From: an uncultured Candidatus Binatia bacterium
GTDB taxonomy: Bacteria; Desulfobacterota; Binatia; UBA9968; JAJDTQ01
Direction of reading: 5' to 3'
DNA: 64,000 nucleotides
Assembly: GCA_965213675.1 (NCBI GenBank)
Contig: OZ243916.1
Location: forward strand, 2,880,001-2,944,000
A model generated the notes under the pieces. It saw nothing but the letters and a program-made list of their open reading frames with translations, ran no database searches and was not told the origin of the DNA. Both the position numbers and the translations under genes were made by a program. Positions 58,655 to 64,000 of this stretch are shown here, piece by piece (positions within the stretch are counted from its first letter, which is position 1; the number at the start of each line of letters is the position of its first letter).

Positions 58655-61600
58655 CTACCACCGCGCGGTCGCTTCGAGCCCCATGGTGTGCTCCGGCTCC
58701 GTCCAGTCGCTCTCCCGGCGCGTCCCCTTCAGCCCGAAGGAGACATCGGGCGCGTTGGCGCGGGTCGCCGGGGTGAGACGCCACCCCACGCTCCACCCCG
58801 AAGCCGGTCTCGGCATCGCCGCCGTCCTGGCGCATGCCCAGCTCCAGCTTGGGCGTCACATGGCTGCCCCGCGCCAGCGCGGCCTTCCAGCTTCCGGTGG
58901 CTCCGAGGTCACCGCCAGGGCGGGACCCGATCCTTCCGCCGGGGGCGCGATCACGTCGCCGCGCAGGCCAGCCGCCGCCATGGTCCAGGAGATGTCGGAG
59001 GTGAGGGAACCGCCTACCTCCGGCTCGAGCGTCACGTCGCCGGCGCCATAGCCCACCGCGCCCCAGAGCTTCAGCCGCTCCGAGACCCGGAGCGCGGCAT
59101 AGGGAACCGCCGCCGTCAGCGACGCCTCCACGTCGCCATCGCCCTCCCGCACGGCGCCGCTGCACACGACCCTCCGCGCTTCGGCATCCGGAGGTTGAGG
59201 GCAGCCTACGACATCCGTGCCGTTGCCTGCCCCGGACCCCGCCCCGCTGTCGGTATAGCCGCCATCCCCGCTGCTCCGCATCAGGGTCAGTCCGGCCAGC
59301 CAGTTGCCGCGCCCATAGTCGGCTCCCAGCATGGCCGTGGTGGCCTCGCCGTCGAGCGAGAACGTCCCCTCGCGGCCGTCGAAGCTCGACTGCGCTGCCC
59401 GGCCCCAGAAGGCCACGCTGCCGCCCATGCCGTCCTTCTCCCCGGTCGCCGTGAAACTGCTGCCCAGCAAGGCTTCCCGGGCCGTCATCGAGTAGGACTG
59501 CGCGCCGCTACTGCCGAAAGCGAAGCCATGAGTGTCATGGCCCAATGCCGATCCCGCACCGCCGGCGCCGAAACGGCCGCGGGCGACATCGGTCTGCACC
59601 AGCCGGCCAGTGCCGGACAGGCTGCCAGGGGCAGCATTTCTGCTCGCCGCGCCAACCGATCCGTCGGGGCCTGCCTGCGAGCCGGAGGAGCGGGGATCGA
59701 AGTTCAGCGCCTGTCCGGCGATGGTGCCCTGCACCCCGGCGTCGCGCGACGCCGCGATGCGCCCGGCTATGCCGTCCAGTGCCTGTTCCGCCGTCGTGCG
59801 ACCGAAGCGCGCCAGCCATGCCGCCGGCATCGGGTCCGAGTTGGTGATGGTGCCCACGGCAACCCCGTCCGCAATCGACACCGACACCCCGGGCGGACCG
59901 TTCACGGACGCGTCGAACAGCACCATCTCGAAGGTCTCCGGACCCTCGTCATGGCTGTCGTTGTAGAGGCGGACGTGGATCAGCGTTTCCGTCTGCCCCG
60001 GCCTGAACCGGGCCCGCAGCCGCCAGGACCGCTTCCACGCCAGGTAGTCCTGGCCCGCCACGGCCGACACCGGCGTTGAATCCCGCGTCGCGTAGTAGAC
60101 GACGACCGGCCAGTCCACCGGCTCGCTCAACGTCACCTTGAAATTCCCCGTTATTCCGTTCTCCTTGAGCGTGGCATCGGCAATCGAGATCGTTGGACCC
60201 GAGGACGCCGCATCGTTGTCGGACACCGCCACCGTGGCCGCGTTGTCCGGCGATGCCGCCACGGTGTAGCCGGTGCCGGTATCGACAGTTGCCGTGATCG
60301 AGCCGTCCGGCTCGTCCGTGCCGTCATCCACCGTGGTGACCTCGAAGGTGGCGCTGCCCGTGACCGGGATGGTGACCGTCCGCGATCCGGTCGCGCCCGA
60401 GGCGGCGAAGTCGCCGCTCTGGCCGACGGTCAGGGTCACGTCGAGCGGTGCGGCTGGCACCGGGCTGGCCGTGACCGTGAAGGAAGCCGAGGCACCTTCC
60501 GCCACTCCGCTGCCGGCGGCGATGCGTACCACCGGCTCGTCATTGTCGCGCACCGCCACCGCGGCGCTGCCCTTGCCCGTGGCCACGGTATAGCCCGTGC
60601 CCGTGCCGAGGGTGACGCTCACCGAGCCGTCGGCCTCGTCCGCCGCATCGTCCAGCGTGGCCACGGAGAGGTCGACGCTGGCCTCTCCCGCCGCCAGTGT
60701 CACCGTCCGGTGACCCGCGCCGGGGGCGTCCAGGTACTCGCCGCTCTGGGCGACGGTGTAGGTGACCGTGAGGTCGGTGGCCGGAGCCGGGTTGGCGGTG
60801 AGGGTGAAGGTGGCCTGGCCGCCCTCGTCCACGGCAGAGCCCGCCGAGAGGCTCAGTTCGGGGGTGGTGGGCGTCGCCGGTTGGACCTCCGCCGGTTCCG
60901 GCTGTTTCTGCGGTGCCGCCGCCAGGCATTGGAGCGCCGGCGCCACCGGCGCCCAGCGCTGCAGGCCGCGGTCCGCCTGCGCCTGCGCCTCGGCAACGGT
61001 CATCGGGTGGTTGCTGTAGCTGTTCTCCTCCCCGAAGGCGGCCAGCACGCGGCTCCAGCGCTCGACATGGCCCGGTGACGTCCGCCAGGTCTCGCCCGCA
61101 GCCTTCTGGGCGTCGGCCAGCAGGGCGTCGGAGACGCAGGCGGGTGTCTCAGCCTGCGCCGCCTGTGCGTCTTGTTGCGGCGAGCCCTGTCCGCCGCCGA
61201 CGGTGATGGTGACCCAGTCGAAGGCACGGCCGAGACCTTTGTAGCTCAGGATGCCGACCACTACTGGATTTGCGGCCAGCCTGAAGTGCAGGACCGTGGG
61301 CGCGGCCGGGGCGGTGAAGGTGGGTGCGGCGGCGGAGCTGCCGCCAGGCAGTACGTCATCGCCGATGATTGTGTTCGAAGCCGGGCCGTCCACCTGCCAC
61401 CAGTGAAGGCGGACATTGTCGCCCCAGGGGCCGCCGGCACCAGCGGTACCCGACAGGGTGACCTGCGCCCCGGCGGCCACCGTCTGGTCGGGGCCGGCAT
61501 CAGGGGCCGCCGGCCTGAACGGTACGCCGGGGTTTTCGGGCAGCCACAGGGCGTGCAGACTCCTGGTCCTGCGAAAGATATTCTCCGGCAGCGCCTGCAG

Positions 61601-63111
61601 CTGGTTCCTTCGCATCCACAGTGTATTCAATTTCGGATTGTGGTCGAAGATGCCGGCCGGCAGCGTGGTCAGGTCGAGATCTTCCATGTCCAGCGTCTGC
61701 AGCCTAGCAAGATTGTCGAAGATGCCCGCCGGCAGCGATGCGATGCTGTTGTCATGCAGGTCCAGATACGCGACGGAGGTGAGGTCGTCGAAGATGCCCG
61801 CCGGCAGTGTCGTAAACTGGTTTCTGTCCAGATCCAGACGAGTCAGCGCCGTGAGGCCGTCGAAATCGCCAGCCTGCAGGCTGCTCAAGTTCCGCAGCTC
61901 CAGATTCAGTCTGCCGCCGATGCCCGCAAGGTGTTGGGGGGTCACGTCGCGGCAGTTGCTGACGCCGCCGATCCTGCCGACAATGGCTTGGCGCACCGTG
62001 GGCGTGCGCCCGCAGATGCCGGCCTCGCCATCCAATACCCTCGCCACGATGTCAAAGGCGGGAATTGAATCATCCTTGCGGCCAGTGGCGTAACGCCGGG
62101 TCCTCTGGTCGTAGAACGGTCCGTTGAAGGAGTGCCTTATCGTGAAATGCTCGTCGTTATCGTCATCGTCATGAGGCACCTTGACAATAATCGTCTTGGT
62201 CTTGCCCCCGGGTTGCAGCCAGTCGGCCCGGGTCCATGTTACGCTCGTCGGATTGAAAGTCACGTCGCCGTCGCGTGTTTCCGGGCCGAAATTGTGATGC
62301 GGCCACTGGTAATCGACGCTGGGCGTAACCGTGAGGGTTTCCCCTGGCTTCGGGGGCTGGTGCAGGGTCAGGTCGTATGACGTCTTCCCGCCTTCATCGA
62401 CATTGAGACAGCCGTCGTACTTGTAGGGCAACTCGGAATTTCGATCCGGCCATGGGTGACCTGGATGTCATGGGTGATCTCGGCATCGAATACGCCATCA
62501 AGATCCCTGTCGATCTCCACGATCAGGGTGTCGGGCCTGAGGAAATTTTCAAAGACCAGTGTTCCGGAAGTATTTCGATCGCTGCGGGTTCTTCCGACGA
62601 TCCCCACGGTGTAGCCCGTGTTCCACATGTCACGCTCGATTTCCATGTCGTATGTCGTTCGGCTTGCGGATGTCATTCTGGGCTGTGACCAGTCTACACG
62701 AGCGAATCTGATCGGCTCGTTGCCGCGCAGGAACCGATACGAGCGCTTCGTCTGCGTTGTGATTCGCACATGGACTAGATCCGTAGGCTGCTTGTTAAGC
62801 TTGACGGTAAAATTGCGATCCCGGTCCAAGCTGAGCATCATGGGCTCGGTTGCGGTATCCAGGTCGATCACGGGTAGCACCTGCTGCGCCTGAGCGTGTT
62901 CGCTTTCAGCGAACCCGAGCCCCAGCGCCAGGCAAAGCGCCACCGGCACCAGGCCGCGCCGCAAACGGCGGGCAGACGCGAGGGGCTTGCCGCGTTTATC
63001 AACCCCTGCGCTGCGACCATGTGCGTCGCGGCCGCCGTGTGCGCCCAAGAGCGCTGCGAATGCCGCTCCCATCGCTCGGGCGGCTGCCCCAACTTCGCCC
63101 GCCATGTTCAT
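58655..63111 (-). pseudogene. Large secreted LRR/Calx-beta protein with autotransporter-like barrel, broken into several frames
   Basis: SD+ATG 63111 with signal peptide; frame change near 62430; LRRs (LPAGIFD), Calx-beta repeats (DDAADEADGSV), AWLARFGRT; frame breaks near 58905 and 58790; terminal EHTMGLEATARW-TAG. Confidence 0.75.
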
Positions 63112-63264
63112 CGCGATCCCTCCGAACCTGTCGCCCGGCCTGCCGGTGCGCACAGCGCACAAATATGCCGAGCGTCGCCTACTCAGTTTGGCGTACTCTG
63201 TATCGAACCAGCGGAAACCGCCGGCGCATTGTCGGATAATACACCACAACGTCAATGGCAACCC

Positions 63265-63660
63265 CAGAGCGGGTGAAAACTCGACCTGCCATCACGGGGA
63301 GCGGGCGAGTTTGGTATGTCGAGACATGGCAGACATTCCAGGCGATGATCGTTCGCAGCAACTGCTTCTTCCGGATGCGGTGGGGGGGACAATCCGGTTC
63401 GTTTCATAGATGCCTTTGTGGATGGGCTTGACCTTGAGCGGGCCGGTTTCGAGCGGGTACAGGCCAACAGGACGGGGTGGCCAGGCTACGACCCGGCGGA
63501 CCTCCTCAAACTTTACCTCTACGGGTACCTGAACCGCATCCGTTCGAGTTGCGGCCGCGCTGCACGGCCGACACGCATCGTCGCATCTCCCGCTACGCGA
63601 ACGAAACCATCCTGGAGCGCATGGCCGAACGCCTGGCAGCGCGGCCGTGCCTGGCGCCCG
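63265..63660 (+). mobile_element. IS1182-family remnant (probable left end plus deleted, frameshifted transposase)
   Basis: MADIPGDDRSQQLLLP / DAFVDGLDL...TGWPGYDPADLLKLYLYGYLNRIRSS / RRISRYANETILERM; end-like CAGAGCGGGTGAAAACTC. Confidence 0.8.
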
Positions 63661-63761
63661 CCGTCCGATTCCGGAGAAGCCGGTAGCCATGACGGCCACG
63701 TCTTGCGACGGATTTTTCCTTCGCGCGGGGCGTTGATTTGGCCGGAAGGAGGGAGGGACAG

Positions 63762-64000
63762 CTACATGCCGAGGTCGAAGTCGCGCGACTTCTGCTTCGG
63801 CTCGGCAGCCTTTTCGAGTTCGGACTGGCGGAAAACTCTCGACTGGCGCTCGGCAACGTGCGCCGTCTCCCAGACCGCCGCGTCGCCCGCCGCATAGCCC
63901 GGACCCGCGAACAGGTCCGGGCCGGTGCGCGATGCTGCCGTCGATCTCCCTGCGCCCGAGACGGCGCCCGCCCGGAACCTCGCCTTCGAGCACCGACCGG
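63762..64000 (-). pseudogene. Probable MobF/TrwC relaxase remnant
   Basis: LEGEVPGGRRLGRR..DGSIAHRPG, then AAVWETAHVAERQSRVF and terminal KSRDFDLGM-TAG in another frame. Confidence 0.5.

Overview
GC-rich bacterial chromosome segment containing the replication origin (dnaA-dnaN with DnaA boxes on both sides of dnaA and a DnaA-trio unwinding site). Gene content (lpxA, split F0-only atp operon, UbiD, amidohydrolase, Calx-beta/LRR outer-membrane protein) suggests a Gram-negative, deltaproteobacterium-like host; this is inference. The left half holds housekeeping genes (Na+-decarboxylase subunits, exbBD, ccdA, eno, ftsB, tRNA-Gly, polA, gpmI, yacG, lpxA, moaBDE, hemL, atpZIBE) interspersed with three paralogous repeat-containing coiled-coil membrane proteins that share an upstream sequence. 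29-35 kb is a periplasmic thiol/copper cluster with an overlooked probable selenoprotein (rhodanese with in-frame UGA at its active site). 35-58 kb is a metal-homeostasis region: two metal ABC importers, a fused ABC transporter, an Fe SBP, bfr, a DtxR regulator with candidate operators, a RAPP-motif leader remnant, and a metal permease-SPFH fusion operon. The right end is a decayed mobile region (broken outer-membrane protein gene, IS1182 and relaxase remnants). At least three families of palindromic repeats/MITEs occur; the densest array sits directly behind a small GIY-YIG nuclease gene. All calls come from reading the sequence; no database searches were run.
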